Assembly (NCBI RefSeq): GCF_009914755.1
Contig: NC_060927.1
Reading direction: 5' to 3' (one strand)
From: the human T2T-CHM13v2.0 reference genome, Homo sapiens
DNA length: 64,000 bases
Of this stretch, positions 25,171 to 39,240 are shown in pieces. The position numbers and the translations under genes were made by a program. How positions within the stretch are numbered: the stretch's first letter is position 1; each line of letters begins with the position of its first letter. The notes under the pieces are model-generated. The model saw only the letters and a list, made by a program, of their open reading frames with translations. It ran no database searches and was not told the origin of the DNA.

Positions 25171-26689
25171 CCCAAATTATTATTTGAGTGTCAGCTTCTT
25201 GAATGTAATCCACTTATTTATTTTTGCATTGTCAGTGCATAAAGAAGGTTCAACACAGAGTTAGAGCTAATAAAAGTTGGTCGAGTTTACTTATGTTGGA
25301 TTTATCACTGTGTGCTGGCAATATCTAGATAAGCAATGATGTAGAATTTTATTTTGGTCTGGCTTTAACCTAAAGAGATCAACAGAATGTGAAATATATG
25401 CTAATGAACTCTTCTTATTATAATTTACTTTATGATCTGCATGCCACTTCCAATATGGCATATACATTTCAGGCAGGTTTAATGCTTAATCTCAAATCAC
25501 AAGGTCACCATAGATGTCTGACTGGACTGAAATACTTCATATTTCATATTTGAATACTGGATCTTCAACTTTATACCATGTGTATACCATTAGTTCATTC
25601 TGCTAGAGTAACATAAAGATAACCAGAATGATTCCATTATGTGAAAAGCAGCTTTCACATTAAGAATTGTCTTCTCAAATGTCTACTGCATGTAAGAAAT
25701 AACAAGCATGGCCACTGTCAGGTGACTGTGCAGCTTCTCTTCTTCACATCTTTGGTGTTACCTAGAGTAAGAGGCCACTGAGTGTCCAGTCCTTAGACAC
25801 AGTCTAGCTTTGCATCTTGTGAAGTGAGTGCTGATTTCAAGTATACCTTGAATCTAACTGATGCTTGATGTTCAAGCGTTATTGAACATATACTTTTGAA
25901 ATAATTCCAAATACATTTGTTGAAAGTATTATTATCAAATGATTATTACAATGAAAATTTATTTTTATTACAATTTAAAAGGCAACAATTCAAAAATCAG
26001 TCTCCCATCCCAGCCCTTAATACTGAGCAACATCTGTGTCTCCAGTTGTTGGTTGGACAGGTAAACCTGTGAGCCCCAGCACCCATCAAAATCAGTATCT
26101 TTATACCTGAATTAGTATTTTTTCCTAATACAAGCATTCCTCTTTTCTTTATTCCTCTATTTTGAAAAACAACAAATATCTGAGCAATCTTTAATGTTTC
26201 CTTTTCCTTTAATCATGCTCCCACATTCAGTTAACTGGCAAATCACCTTTTACCTTTGCTTTCAATTCTTGCTCCCACCACCTTAGTAAGATGTATCTCT
26301 CTACTTAGACTAGTATAAGAATTTCATAACTATTTTTAAAACTCTAGCTTTATCATCTTTATTTTTGAATGTAGCTGACAAAGTTTACTTTTTTCCTTTT
26401 TTCTTTCTCCTATGAAGTAAGTCTGACATATCTTCACTGCATAAAACCCTTCAAAAGATAAACATCAACAGGCAGTGGGATCTCAGTTCAGAGTTTGATC
26501 TTTTGACTTAAAGCTCTGGTCTGCCTCTAGTTCTTAAGTAGGACACTTGACCTCTTTAGAATTACTTTTCTGTTTTATTTTTTTTCTGTAAATTAGGTAA
26601 ACATTTCTCTAAGTATTTTTTCTATTTTAAAATTTTGTGACTTGACAGGAAGTTTAAAGAAAATTGGTAAAAGATAAATACGTGTGGTA

Positions 26690-26778
26690 AGGGGAGGGAG
26701 AAGGAAGAAAGAAGGGAAGTGAAGGGAAGGGAAGGAAAGGGAAGGAAAAAGGAAAGGAAAAAGGAAAGAAAAAAAAAG
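26690..26778 (+). repeat. Polypurine (GGAAG/GGAAA)n tract
   Basis: About 90 nt almost purely A/G; potential H-DNA former. Confidence 0.85.
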
Positions 26779-27074
26779 GCTTAACTCTTTATAGAACCTG
26801 CATTCCAAGAAAGATATTAAGTGAGTTTAGTCTAGCTTAAGCTCTACAGGTTAAAGAGTATGAGTTTGAAAAACTCAGGTAGAAGCTTGGTAATAGAAGA
26901 AAAATAAAGCCAGGGAGGGTAGAGCTTTTATAGTACTGAAAGTATGCAGAACTCAAGTGGATGTATAATTTGTGTCACTCTGGACTTGGAGTCAAACCTG
27001 GATTTGAATGCCAGCTCTGGACTATTAATAGGGATGTGATTTTGAGCTAATTATTTAATGTCTTTAAGTTTTAG

Positions 27075-27370
27075 TCAGGTTCAACTACATCATTTGCAGA
27101 CCCCAGTACAAAAGGAACATGTGAGCCCCTTGTTCAAAAGGCAGAAAAAAATTGCCATTAAAGGCATTAAAATATAAAATGTTTTCTTACTTCCCTGGTA
27201 TCTTTCTTGATCTGGAATGATGTTTTTTATTTGCTTTTTAATGGCACTTTCCTTTTGGGCATGGGAATACTTTCTCAGCGACCCTCACATGACCTGGGGG
27301 CCTTGCCCCACCATTCAGTGTAAATATGACTCACTGCTGACCCACTGACTTCCAGGTTCTCCCTTTCATC
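27075..27370 (-). mobile_element. MER45-family hAT fragment
   Basis: caactacatcatttgcagaccccagtacaaaaggaacatgtgagccccttgttcaaaa resembles the MER45 terminus. Confidence 0.5.
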
Positions 27371-28593
27371 AGCTGCCTAACCAATATGCAGTGCCCCAGC
27401 TCATAGCCCCAACTCACACAAATGGAAAATCCTCAAAGGCTTTGCAACATTTGTGCAAATTAGACTTCTGCGGTAGAAGATATTCTGGAGGTTCCAGGAG
27501 CCACGGTGGGGAAATATATTGGGAGCAACAAAATTCTAACACAGAAAGATCTCAGGTACTTTATATCTGGGTGTGATCTTGGAGCTCTCTAGTCTTATCC
27601 CTGGGTGAAACCTGAAATTTACCCAGGCTCATACAATGTGATTCAGGTAGAACCAAAAATAATATGACTTTTAGTTCTGTGTTCTTTTAGATACAGGCTT
27701 TCTAATGTATGTGAGTTTCCCTTGTGATTTCCTCTAAAAGCCCAGGTTGTCTGCACTTTTGTAGTTCTGGAGAGGAAAAGCAGCCAAACACTGGTCTCTT
27801 TCTATGGTTTATTTAAAGCTATCTTTCTCAAGGCTGTTTTAGCTGTAAGAAACAGAAACCATACAATTAGTGGTTCATGTAACCTAGAGGCAGATCTCAC
27901 TAGAAATTGAAACCAAAGATCTAAAAATTCAGGGAATAAAGCCTCTCTCCTCTAAATTACTCATTCTCTCCATCATTCTGTTCCCCCCCACCCTCTCTCT
28001 CTATCATCTACTTATCTCAATTTCTGCCTTTGTGTAGACTGGTGTTCTCTACCTCCTCATGAGTTTTATGGACGATGGATATTATAAAAGTTATGAACAT
28101 CCTCATCTCTGCTCAAGCAACCAGCAGAGACTAGCATCTCTTAATATTATATCTAAATTCTTGGGAGAGAGAAACACCAGAGCCCAAGAAGAACATATTC
28201 ACTTCTCATCCAGTCAGCCATGGCCCAAGGAATGGCCTAAAGCAGATTGAACATGCCTTTAAGGATCTCCACAGTTTAAGAGCTACTTCTCCGTGAAATG
28301 GTTCATGGGCCATTCAGAAATGCCAGAATGTCACTGCATTCGAATAAAAAGTTCTCAGTATTTAGGGAATAATAATGAACGTTAGATACCAGTAGGTTAG
28401 ATGTAATATTGCAGTCAGATCATGGAATTAACTTTTTAATTCCATAGAAGATAATGGAGGAAGAAAGGTAGGGCAGAACCCTTTATGCATTTTCAACAAT
28501 ATTGTACAATTTTCATATAATTATTACTTAGAAACATTTATTTTTCAGTGTCCACCTATTCCAAAGTTCTTGCCTTACTGCCAAATAAAACTT

Positions 28594-28710
28594 GTTTTTT
28601 TTTTTTTTTTTTTTTTGAGATAAGGTCTTGAACTTCTGGGCTCAAGCAATCTGCCTGTCTTGGCCTCCCAAAGTGTGGGGATTACAGGTGTGAGCCACCA
28701 TGCCCAGCCT
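28594..28710 (-). mobile_element. Alu monomer fragment (FLAM/left-arm-like, internally deleted)
   Basis: Poly-T, gagataaggtct, then gaacttctgggctcaagcaatc...gccaccatgcccagcc. Confidence 0.85.
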
Positions 28711-28794
28711 CTCTAATAAAACATTTTGTAGAGAGTACCATTATAATCATTGGTGATTACAATGTATAGTAGTATGTATACACATATAGTTTTT

Positions 28795-28920
28795 ATATGT
28801 GTGTGTATATATATACACATACATGTGTGTGTATATATATACATGTGTGTATATATATACATATGTGTGTGTATATATATACACACACACATATATATGT
28901 GTATACACATACACATACAG
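28795..28920. repeat. Compound (TG)n/(TA)n/(CA)n alternating purine-pyrimidine microsatellite
   Basis: Repeated gtgtgtgtatatatatacaca units with local palindromes. Confidence 0.9.
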
Positions 28921-30614
28921 TAGTATGTGTCTTCAATACAATTACTCACTGATTGTAGCAGTGGCTCAAAAATACCAACACCATTCTTTTTCCCAAATAC
29001 ATTCTTAAAGCACAAGTATTTGAAAATGCATTTTGATTTCTTGTTTTTGATATCATATTGTCACGTTTTCAGCTGTTCCTATACAGAAAACCAACATTGT
29101 TCTTGCTTTCTGATTGTATAGACAAAACAATAAAGACTTGCTGTTATTTCATCATTTCATTACAGTATGAGAAAAATCTAACAATTTACCAAAAGATATT
29201 AAACAATTAGTTGAAACTAGACTTTTTACTTATCAAGTGGTATAAATTCAAGCTCCTAAAAAGTTGATAACAAATATAAATGAAAAAAAGGAATGATATC
29301 AACTGACTGATGATAATTCAACAAGACCTAACTTCTGTGTCTTTCAAAATGACCTAAAGTTACTTAGAAAAATGTCTTTAAGTTTCTCATCTATCAAATG
29401 GGAACAGAAATGTGCATCTCACAAAAGGCATCACAGGGATTTAATTTGGAAACTGCTGTATGTATATATTTTTTGAAAACCACTAATCATTCTCACAAGT
29501 ATAAGATATTATTAAGCCAAGTTATACCCCCAATTTGGACTACATGAAGTTTAAACCAGACTTTTCTCTGAGTGAAAGTAAAGGAAAGCAAATGAATTAG
29601 CATTTGTTGTGTGCTTGTTTTGTGCCTGGCATAATGTATGTTGCTTAATATGCATTATTTCAACCAGGTTTTCTTTTTTTGTGTAGGAGGTAGGGGGTTG
29701 GAAACTTTAAAGAGATTTTATGGAGATCTGCAAAAAAGTCATTCATATTCCCACCATCAAAAATTAAGTTACCATCTCAGCGTATTTATTTCCCATCTCT
29801 TTTCTTCATTTTTTAAAAATCTGATGTTTCTTTAATATAATGCATTTTTATTTTAATCATTCAAACTATGAAATATTATGCAAAGAAAATAAAAAACCTA
29901 TCTCCAATAAAACTTTCTCTAAAAATAAAAATTATTAATATTGGGTAAAATTATAGCCATCTTTCTATATATATAAATACAGAAAAGATATACTGTATTC
30001 ATGTATAGATAGATAATAGCATAGAAGAATACAAATATTTTATAAAAATGAGATCATACCATAGACGTTACTTTTAACATCAAGATTAAATTTTATTTTA
30101 GAAAACAGAATAAAACAAAGTAAAAATGATAAATAATTTGAACTTCTAATAAATGATTTGAGACAAAAAAAGAAATTTTTTAAATGATTTCTCTAAGGTT
30201 AAAAGATACAATGAATGATACAAAGAGGTCAGAGTGCCTTTGTTTGTAAATACAATAATATTATATGTATATATGTGTACATGTATGTATCTATAGACTT
30301 TTTGCTGTGAAAGATGATACTAGCGCTCATACTAGCTAATTATATTCCCTCATTCACTTCTCATTTTTCTATTTTGTTGTTTATCTTATCGAGCTTGTAG
30401 CATTTATATTCTGTTCTATAACTAAAACTAGCAGAGTTCTTAAGTGTAAGTTTGTGTTTGAAAGTATTCTGTGTGTATCCCATTATTCCTCTTTCATTCT
30501 CAAGATCTGCATATTGATTCATATTTAATTGAATGGATTTCATTGTTAAGTGATCTCTTTAAGAATAATCATCTGTTATTTTTCATATTAGCTTTTTTAT
30601 ATTAGTTTTTTTAA

Positions 30615-31053
<439 letters not shown>

Positions 31054-31119
31054 TAAAATGGTACTGTTTAAAATCCCAGCTTATTCTGAGTTTTCTTTTT
31101 TACTCTGTGTATGTATGTG

Positions 31120-31405
31120 TGTGTGATGGGGTCTTGCTCTATCACCCAGGCCATAGTACAGCAGTGTGATCATAGTTCACTGCAGCCTCAAATCCCTGGG
31201 CTCAAGTGATTCCCTCACTTCGTCTCCCAAGTAGCTGGGACTACAAGCACCCACCACTGCTAATTTTTCTTTTCTTTTTGTTTTTGGTAGAGACAGGGTC
31301 TCCCTATAGTACCCAGGCTCGGTCTCAAACTCTTAGCCTCAAGTGATCCTTCTGTCTTGATCTCTCAAAGTGCAGGGATTACAGGCATGAGCCCCTGTGC
31401 CCATC
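31120..31405 (-). mobile_element. AluJ
   Basis: Diverged antisense Alu dimer. Confidence 0.85.
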
Positions 31406-33749
31406 CTTTCACTTTTACTTAGCTTGTTATTTCTGTCCAGTCTTCTTAAAGAAGCTTCCTCTTGATGTTCTTCAAATATTAGTCACTTAATCAGCAAATG
31501 CTTTGGTGTTGAGTACTCACTCTTTCAAATATTTCTGGAACATGTTCTTTCCATTTATAGTAACTTTTCTTAATGGTATTTACTGAGACATGTGTTTGAT
31601 TCTATAACTTGGTGACATCAAGGATCTTAATGTTGAATCATCTTTATCTATGTTTCTAATCCATTACCTTCTCCTCATTGTTTTATTATCTGTGCTTTTT
31701 TCACAATATGTGAGATAATTACAATCATCTCAAAACATTATAGCAGTAATGTGACTTTCAGTGGGTATCTGTTTTGTTGCTTGCCTATTCCAATTGATTT
31801 ATTTGTTATTTATTGATGTTGCCTGGGTTACAGTTTGTATCCTTAGGTTCATGGTCTCCAAATTTATCTGGTTCTATTGCCTGTGTATTTTTTTCATATT
31901 GACATTGTTATATTATTTTTAAAAACTCATGCTCTTATTCTATAGCATAAAACTGTTTTGAGGAATTCCCCAGGTTTTCTTGAGTTATGTTTTCTTTTAG
32001 ATTGAGTATTTTCCCTGTCTTGGTCATGCCATGTTATATTGCTGCAATATATTTGCATAGTTACTATTCCATTTCTTTTCATATTGTTCATGCTTGAGAA
32101 ACTGTGTACAGAAAATTCACTTTTTACTTAATGGGGAAATATATTTTTTGAACTTTCTTTTTATTATATCTGGGAACAATTTTTTTTTCTCCTTCTTAGC
32201 TCCAGTTTGGAGACAGGATTTATGGCGAGTACCCACATTTTGTAGCCTGAGAGAATGATGGGGCCAAGGAAAGTTCAGCCTTTTTAGGATACCTGGGTGC
32301 TTCTCTCTATACTAAGATTTCTTTTTTAATGAATTGTAGCAAGATTATTATTGGAAGAGACTTCAGTATACTTCATTGGAAGATGTAGCACTTTTCTAAT
32401 GGGCTTCAGAGGCTTCACCCCTGAGTGCATGGGCATGACATTATTAATTGGTTAAACAGAGTCAGCTTTACTATCCATATTTCCCCACTTTACTTTTTTT
32501 TTTTTCCTAGAAGCCCTTTTCATTGCTCTTCAGCCAGAAAGAGGTAAAAGAAAAAGATAAGACCTTTCCATCTGTGTACATACAAATCTGCTTATCTCCA
32601 GATTTAGAAGTTATAATGAGAATTCTCAGAATGCTGTTATTTCACCAGTAAATCCTATAGGGTGTGAGGACGACATTAGGAAATCAAGAACTCCTTCCCT
32701 TCTCTGAGCCTGACCAGACTGCTTTTACTCCACAGTTGTTTTTGGTTTTTTTCTTTAAGTAATTTTGTCAGGATATGTTCCTTTTCTTTTCAGGCATTGT
32801 TAATTTCTGTTTGTCTGTTATTTGTACTTACAACGTCTCACACATTTCATTAGGCACTGATACTGATATAAGAAAACTCACTCAAACATCTTCAATCCAC
32901 TTGCTCGATCATCATTTACAGGAACACTAAAATATACGACATAGCATCCTCCTTTAACAGCTGAGAAATCAGAGAACAAGAGTGGTGAAGTAAATTGTCC
33001 AGCACTGGGGAGCCAGTAATTGACCAGGCTAGAATTAAAACCTCTATCTATCTACACTTCTAGGTCACTGAGGAAAGGTGCCTAAATTACAATTTTAAGA
33101 TGAGGTTAATAAAAGAACTTCTTTTACCCAATTGCAAATATTTTAGAAGACTAATATGATGGAAGCAGATCTGAGTGGATGGTGAAAACAATGGAGAGGG
33201 AATCAGGAAGCTAAAGTTTAATTTCTTGCTCTCTCTTAAGACAGATGTTAAATTTGGAAAAGATGATTCAACTTCCTGGGTTTCAATTTCCTTCTCTTTA
33301 ATAATAATGATGGATGATGATGATGATGCTGATGATTGTCATAATTTGATGACTATATATCTACTCATTGTGAGGCACAATGTGACATATTTTATAAACA
33401 ATATATTATTAAATCTCAAAACAACCATCTGATATACACATTGCATCTATTTTAATAACAAGGACACAGAAGATTGCTTAAATCCCCTGAGGCCCATTTG
33501 ATTCCAGAGCACACGTTCTTAACCAGTAGCTCTATTGTCTTTCCAACCAAGAAGTCTGACCTGAGTGGTCTGTAAAAGATCTTCCAGCTTTGAGGTTCTC
33601 TAGTGCTGTGGTTGGTATAGAAGGAAATGACTATGGGTTAACATAGGAGAAGCAAGCTCACACATCACTCAAGTACAATTATTAGAGTTACAGACTGGAC
33701 TTCAAATTAAGTCCTAACATGATCAGGTTTACGCTTGATGTTGTGCATT

Positions 33750-34236
33750 GCACTGGAGGGGAGAAAACATAATTTCTTTTATTTCCCTTTTTAGGTTTTT
33801 AGTTGAGACACCCTCCTACAAACAAAAATCAAATTAACAAAAGAAAAGCAGAAATGTATTAACACATGCTGGACCCATCATGCCGAGAGACATCAATTCA
33901 AAAGTATTTTTCTCAAGGCAGTGGCTTGGGGTGATGTTTCAATAATATTTTATCAAAATGCCATAAATTCTGCATAGTAACAAGGCAAAGGAAAGAACAG
34001 TTTTAGTCCTTTAAAAGGTGAGAAAATGTGAGAGGATAGTGAAATCTGTTCTCAGATTCCTCTGGTGCCTGCTGGTGCCTTCTCTGGGCTGATAACAAGT
34101 GCTGTCTCCAGTAAGGAAGCATGGATGTCCTGCCATCAAGCAAACAGAGGCTGAGGCCGGGTATTCTCCTGCCTTTTCAGTGCCTTTAACTCAACAATCC
34201 TCAATATTTGGGGAAGAAATATTTTGGTTTCTTTCA
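33750..34236 (-). mobile_element. ERV1-class solo LTR (MER34/MER39-group-like)
   Basis: Reverse strand starts tgaaagaaaccaaaatatttcttccccaaatattgagg, typical of this LTR group. Confidence 0.55.
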
Positions 34237-36077
34237 AGACATTAAAAAATAAAAACCACAGAATTTCACCTTACACATGAGTACTAAGCTCTTCCTCATC
34301 CTCTTCCCCTTCCCTTTCTTTCATAGCAATTTAGTCCAAATGCCATGAATTGGAGCTGAGTGAGGTAGGCATCCATGTGCATGTGGAAGAGGAGAGCCAC
34401 AGCAGTCCAGCCTGAGGTGCTGGAACCTGAGAGAGGCGAGAGAGGCATCCATGCAGGGCAGGGGTTAGGACAGTGGTGACTTGGTGTGAGTGGCAGAGCC
34501 CAAGTAAGGTGAGAAGGCCATACCTGTGGTGGGGTGGCCTGGCAGAGGGTATCAGAGCCTGAGGAAGGGGAAGAGGGTTCCATTGTTAGGGGAGGGTGTT
34601 GAAGGCAGAAGCCTGGAGTCTGGTGTTGGAGCCAAGGAGAAGGAGGGTGGTTTCTGGGGGAAAGAGAGCTCCCGTGTGATCTGAAAGATGTGAGCAAGTG
34701 AGAAAGCTATCCATGTAGGAATATGTCTGTGTACCAAGTGTCAGAGCCCGAGTGGGGTGAAGGAGGACATCCACACTGGAGGCAGACCCTAAACAGGGTC
34801 AGAATCTGAGTGAGGTGAGGAGGGAGGAATCACCCAGCTAGTGGTGTCAGGGCAGGTATAGGAGTAAAACTGGGAGTGGACATCAGGACCTGAGCAGGGG
34901 GAAGAGGACGCTGACAGTGATACGAGACTAGTCACATACAGGGGAAGTGAGCAAATGCATAAATATGTCAAAGATAATGGGCACCAGGGTTCTCACAGCC
35001 TAAATGGGAGTTGCAAATATAAACAGAGGACAACTGTAAATCACCATAAATGAACACATCACACACGTATAAAATCTACGCACACACACAAATTTGCTGA
35101 GAGGCTCTGGGCAAGAGCACCTCAAAAAAAAATGAGTACGCTGAGCATCCTCATGATGGCTTCTAAATACCAATCTCTAATAAAGGAAGCCAGGTTGTTT
35201 TGTTTTGTTTTGTTTTTGTTTTTAACAACAACAACAAAAATGGCTACTTTGCTGGCAGAGCAGGTGAAATACAAGATGATCCTGGAACTCTCTCTTGTAT
35301 CAGAAAGGAAGAATTCAAAGAAGGGTAAGGACATGCCAAAGGGCAAGCCATTTGAAAGCATCGAATAAATAGCAAATGTATTATAACTCATTTACCAAAA
35401 TAAGAAACCTTGGATTCACACCGATAAAACAGATCATCCTCATAGAAATATATGAATAAAAAGTTTAAATGTCCAGTGAGGCATATTTGCATTGTCTAAA
35501 ATCCCTAGCCACAAAACACTAATTATAAAGAAAAAAAAGATACTTACTTTTATACTGGAGAAGTCTGACAGGTACCACCTTAGTCAAATGAGTATTTAAG
35601 TTCAAGAGCAATGGGACAGATAGAAGTCTTAACCTTCTACCTGACAGAACGCAGCATAAAGAGCACAGCATCCTGAATCGAATTGTAATGAAAGTGGTTT
35701 ATTACCTCCAATGGTGTATCCAGTGAAGGAGGAGAGGATAGAGGGAAAGAGGGCAAGACAATGGGATCAGTGTACTTGCTGGCTGGGAGAAGCCTTTTTT
35801 ATAGTGATTTTTAAAGCCAATTTTTACTGCTTTTATTATTATTTTTGAACATCTTTATAGACCCTTTTATTATATGTGCCCTTGGCATATAGCTCCTACC
35901 AATACAGGGAAGAGTCTGTGACTTGCCATTGATACCTGACTATTCAGACAAGCTCAAATGAGGTGAAACTTTACCACATAACTGCCTTGTGATCTAAGGT
36001 GTTAAAGTCAGGGAAATCAAGGAAAGACTGTGGAATTGTTGCAGATTGAAATAGACTAAAGAGACATAATTAAGAGA

Positions 36078-36380
36078 GGCCATGCATGGTGGATCATGCC
36101 TGTAATCCCAGCACATTGGGAGGCTGAGGTGAATGGAATGCTTGAGCCCAGAATTTTAAGACAAGCCTGGCAACATGGTGAAACACCATCTCTACAAGAA
36201 AACAAAAATTAACCTGGCATGGTGGCAAAAATTAACCCAGGAGGGCTAGGTGGGAGGTTCACCTGAGCCCAGGAGGTTGAGGCTGCAGTGAGCTGTGATT
36301 GTGCCACTGCAATTCAGCCTGTGCAACAGAATGACAATCTGTCTCAAAAAATAAAAAGAAAAGAAAAAAGAAAAAAAATA
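36078..36380 (+). mobile_element. AluJ
   Basis: Sense dimer with A-rich tail; small deletion-insertion in the right arm. Confidence 0.9.
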
Positions 36381-36417
36381 TCAACTGGATTCTTTTGGTG
36401 TAAAAGATTTTATTGGG

Positions 36418-36705
36418 GGCCAGACACAGTGGCTTAATCCTGTAATCCCAGCACTTTGGGAGGCTGAGGTGGGAGAATGGCTTGAGGTCAGGAGTTTGAG
36501 ACCAGCTTGAGCAACAGAAGGTGACTCCATATAGCCAGGCATGGTGGCAGGCACCTGTAGTTCTAACTACTTGGGAGGCTGAGATGGGAGGATCACTTGA
36601 GCCCAGGAGTTAGAGGCTTCTGTGAGCTATGATCACACTACTGCACTCCAGCTTGGGTGACAGAGTGAGACACTGTCTCTACAACAAAAATGAAACAACA
36701 AAAAA
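36418..36705 (+). mobile_element. AluJ
   Basis: Sense Alu lacking the central A-rich linker. Confidence 0.9.
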
Positions 36706-37030
36706 TAGAATTTTATTAGAAAAAATGGGAAATGGGACCTGAAGATTAGCTGCTTAGAGCTGAATCAATGTTAATTTCTTGATATTGTTGGTTTTGGGGG
36801 TGTTATGCCCTTTGTTTGTTGGAAATATAAACTAATTTATTTGGGTAATAGGGGATTGGTTTACAAGAGAAAAAAATTCTTTGTCCATTTTTGTAATACT
36901 TTTTGTGAATTTGAGATTGTTTTAAAATAAAATAATTTTAAATATGTATATTGAATTGATATTTAATATAGACTTGCATTCAAAACAGGGCCACTTTTTT
37001 TTCATGTGATTTATTCTTTTCTTTTCCCAG

Positions 37031-37157
37031 GTGATGGTCTTTTAAGCCGTCCTATTTTTACTCAGGAGCCACATGATGTCATTTTTCCTTTGGATTTATC
37101 AAAATCTGAGGTCATCCTGAATTGTGCTGCTAATGGTTACCCTTCGCCTCATTATAG
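37031..37157 (+). CDS. CNTN6: Contactin-6 internal coding exon (exon 3 by recall), 127 bp; N-terminal half of Ig-like domain 1
   Basis: Acceptor ttcttttcttttcccag|GT at 37030/31 and donor TATAG|gtaaaa at 37157/58. Phase-1 translation (G)DGLLSRPIFTQEPHDVIFPLDLSKSEVILNCAANGYPSPHY(R) matches the human contactin-6 sequence as I recall it. Missing from the ORF track because it is too short. Confidence 0.96.
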
Positions 37158-39046
37158 GTAAAATCCTACCTGTGGGCACCACACTATTTTGTTCTTCCTC
37201 ACTGAACCAAAACATACACAAAATAAAGTGTTTTATAAAATGTCCTAATTTGTAGTGTACAGCTCAAGGAATTTCTCTACGGGTATGCAGCCATGTGACA
37301 ATCACTCAGATAAAGATATAGGCATTTCCAGTACCCCAGGGTATTCCCTCATGCCGCTTTCCAGGCAATAATTAACCCCCTACCCACCAGCTCCAGGTAA
37401 CCGTACTTATGTCTCTGTCTTATTGATTAGGTCTGCTTAGAACATTTATTCTTGAGATTGGTGCCATGCATTGCCTTATTGTGGTCAGAAATGAGAGAGA
37501 GAGAGAAGAGAGATAGGGGAGAGAGAGAAGAGAAAGACAGGAAGCAAGTAACACAGGAAGCCAGGAAGAAAAGAAAGATAAAAGGAAAGAAAAAAATGAA
37601 GAGAAAGGAAAAAAAAAGATTTGTTTCCTCAATTTGAAAGACTAAAATGTAAGCTCATTTTGCATTTCCCACCCCTGCCTCAATGCGGAACTGCAGCCTC
37701 AGTTGCTGCATATGCAATGATTATGAAAATGTTCTATAAGGAATGAATCCAGATGGATATCTAGATTTATTTCATCAGATAAAATTATGTGACTTCACTG
37801 GTGGGTCACATCACCCAAAAATACTGATTTTAGAAAAATATGTTGAAGACAGCTATGTACCCTCTAAGGCAGAAAGGGAATTTTTATTCTGGGCAAATAA
37901 GAAAAAAAAACCTATATTTGTTTCTCACATATTATTTGTGGAATTCTAGGGAGAAAGGGTCAGTAAGTTTTTGTTCTTATTTATCAAGTTGTAGCAAAGG
38001 CAGAATTTGCTTCATATTGTGGGTGGAATTTACAAATTTAAAAATATATGCATACGTAAATATTCATAGGTAAATACTACAGATATTTAGTTAGTAGAAA
38101 CTTCATATGTAGTGTTAATACAGGAAAAGAAAATACATATTAAACTTTTGTAGCTTTGGGTTTTAAAACCTTTTTTTAAGTCTTGTTTTACAGATGTGAA
38201 GTTGATATGACACACACAAAGAGTAACAACTTCAGTGTATTTTGGCAAAATAAGCTGGTTTAGCCTGATTTTATTTTGCAGTAAAAATACACTCTTGATG
38301 TGCATAGTTATTTAGATCCTAAAATTGTCTAGATTAATGAGTTAAATGACTTAAATGCACTTAATTAGCTAAATGACTTCAAAGCTAAAGGCAATTCTAC
38401 CTTATCTTGAATTTTTTTGAGCTAACTTCAGTGTCTTCTTTTTACAACAAAGGAGCTGAAAAACCATGTCTTCTCATTCCACAGACTAAAGCTTCCTTGT
38501 CTTTATCATACCCAAACCAGTGAAACTCATCTGTCAGGGGAAGATCCTTCACTTTGCAAATTTGGGACACTCAATTCAGAGTTTGTTGATTTGTTAGTTT
38601 TTCTTAAATGATGAGCTGTCCTATTAGTTTAATATATGGTTAAATATATGAAAATTTGATTAATACATTTAGTGAGATCACCTAATACTTAAAGTAGTAA
38701 TTTTATGTTTGAGAGCTAACTAGGTTGATCCTAGGGGTTAGTAGAGAAAGAATATAAGAATTCCTATAACATTTTTTGAAAGTTTGCTGAATATAAGACA
38801 GACACATAAATACATAAATTACATATTTATATAAAAAATCTATTGGCTTTTAACAGTTAGAAGGATATAAAATAGGTTCTCAAGATAATTTGCTAATTAG
38901 TTTTATCTGTGAAAAAATAGAATGAAGGCAACAGTTTTCAATGTTGTTAAATGGCTTTTATTTCTAAGATCCTTGTAAGCTAAAAGGCTAAAGACAAGTA
39001 ATTTATGTGCTTATTTCCAGCCCCCATAACCTGGTTTGGCTCATTT

Positions 39047-39240
39047 CTTTTTTTTTTAACTTTTAAGTTCAGGGGTACATATGCAGGTTTGTTATATAGA
39101 TAAACTTGTGACATGGGGGTTTGTTGTACAAATTATTTCATCATCCAGGCACTAACCCTGGTGCTTATTAGTTATTTTTCCTGATCCTCTCTCTCCTCCC
39201 ATCCTCCATCCTCCAGCAGGCCCCAGTCGTTGTTCCCCTT
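39047..39240 (-). mobile_element. L1PA (older primate) 3'-end fragment
   Basis: tttaacttttaagttcaggggtacatatgcaggtttgttatatag...ggccccagt. Confidence 0.85.

Larger units (their letters stand above)
34240..36930 (+). mobile_element. Old L1MC (L1MC4/5-like) 3' region including its G-rich degenerate repeat block (about 34.35-34.95 kb), interrupted by two Alus
   Basis: Recurrent cagagcc(c/t)gag...gtgagga...catccac units; then gtatcagaaaggaag...ggacatgccaaagg...tataactcattt..., and a 3' end aatttgagattgttttaaaataaaa. Confidence 0.6.

Noticed and set aside
28713-29015. Tyr/Ile/His/Val-repeat ORFs (also 61397-61689)
   Set aside because: Translations of dinucleotide microsatellites.
34296-34971. 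G-rich degenerate repeat block with several minus-strand Pro/Ser-rich ORFs
   Set aside because: Consistent with the internal repeat region of old L1MC 3' sequence; the ORFs reflect low complexity.
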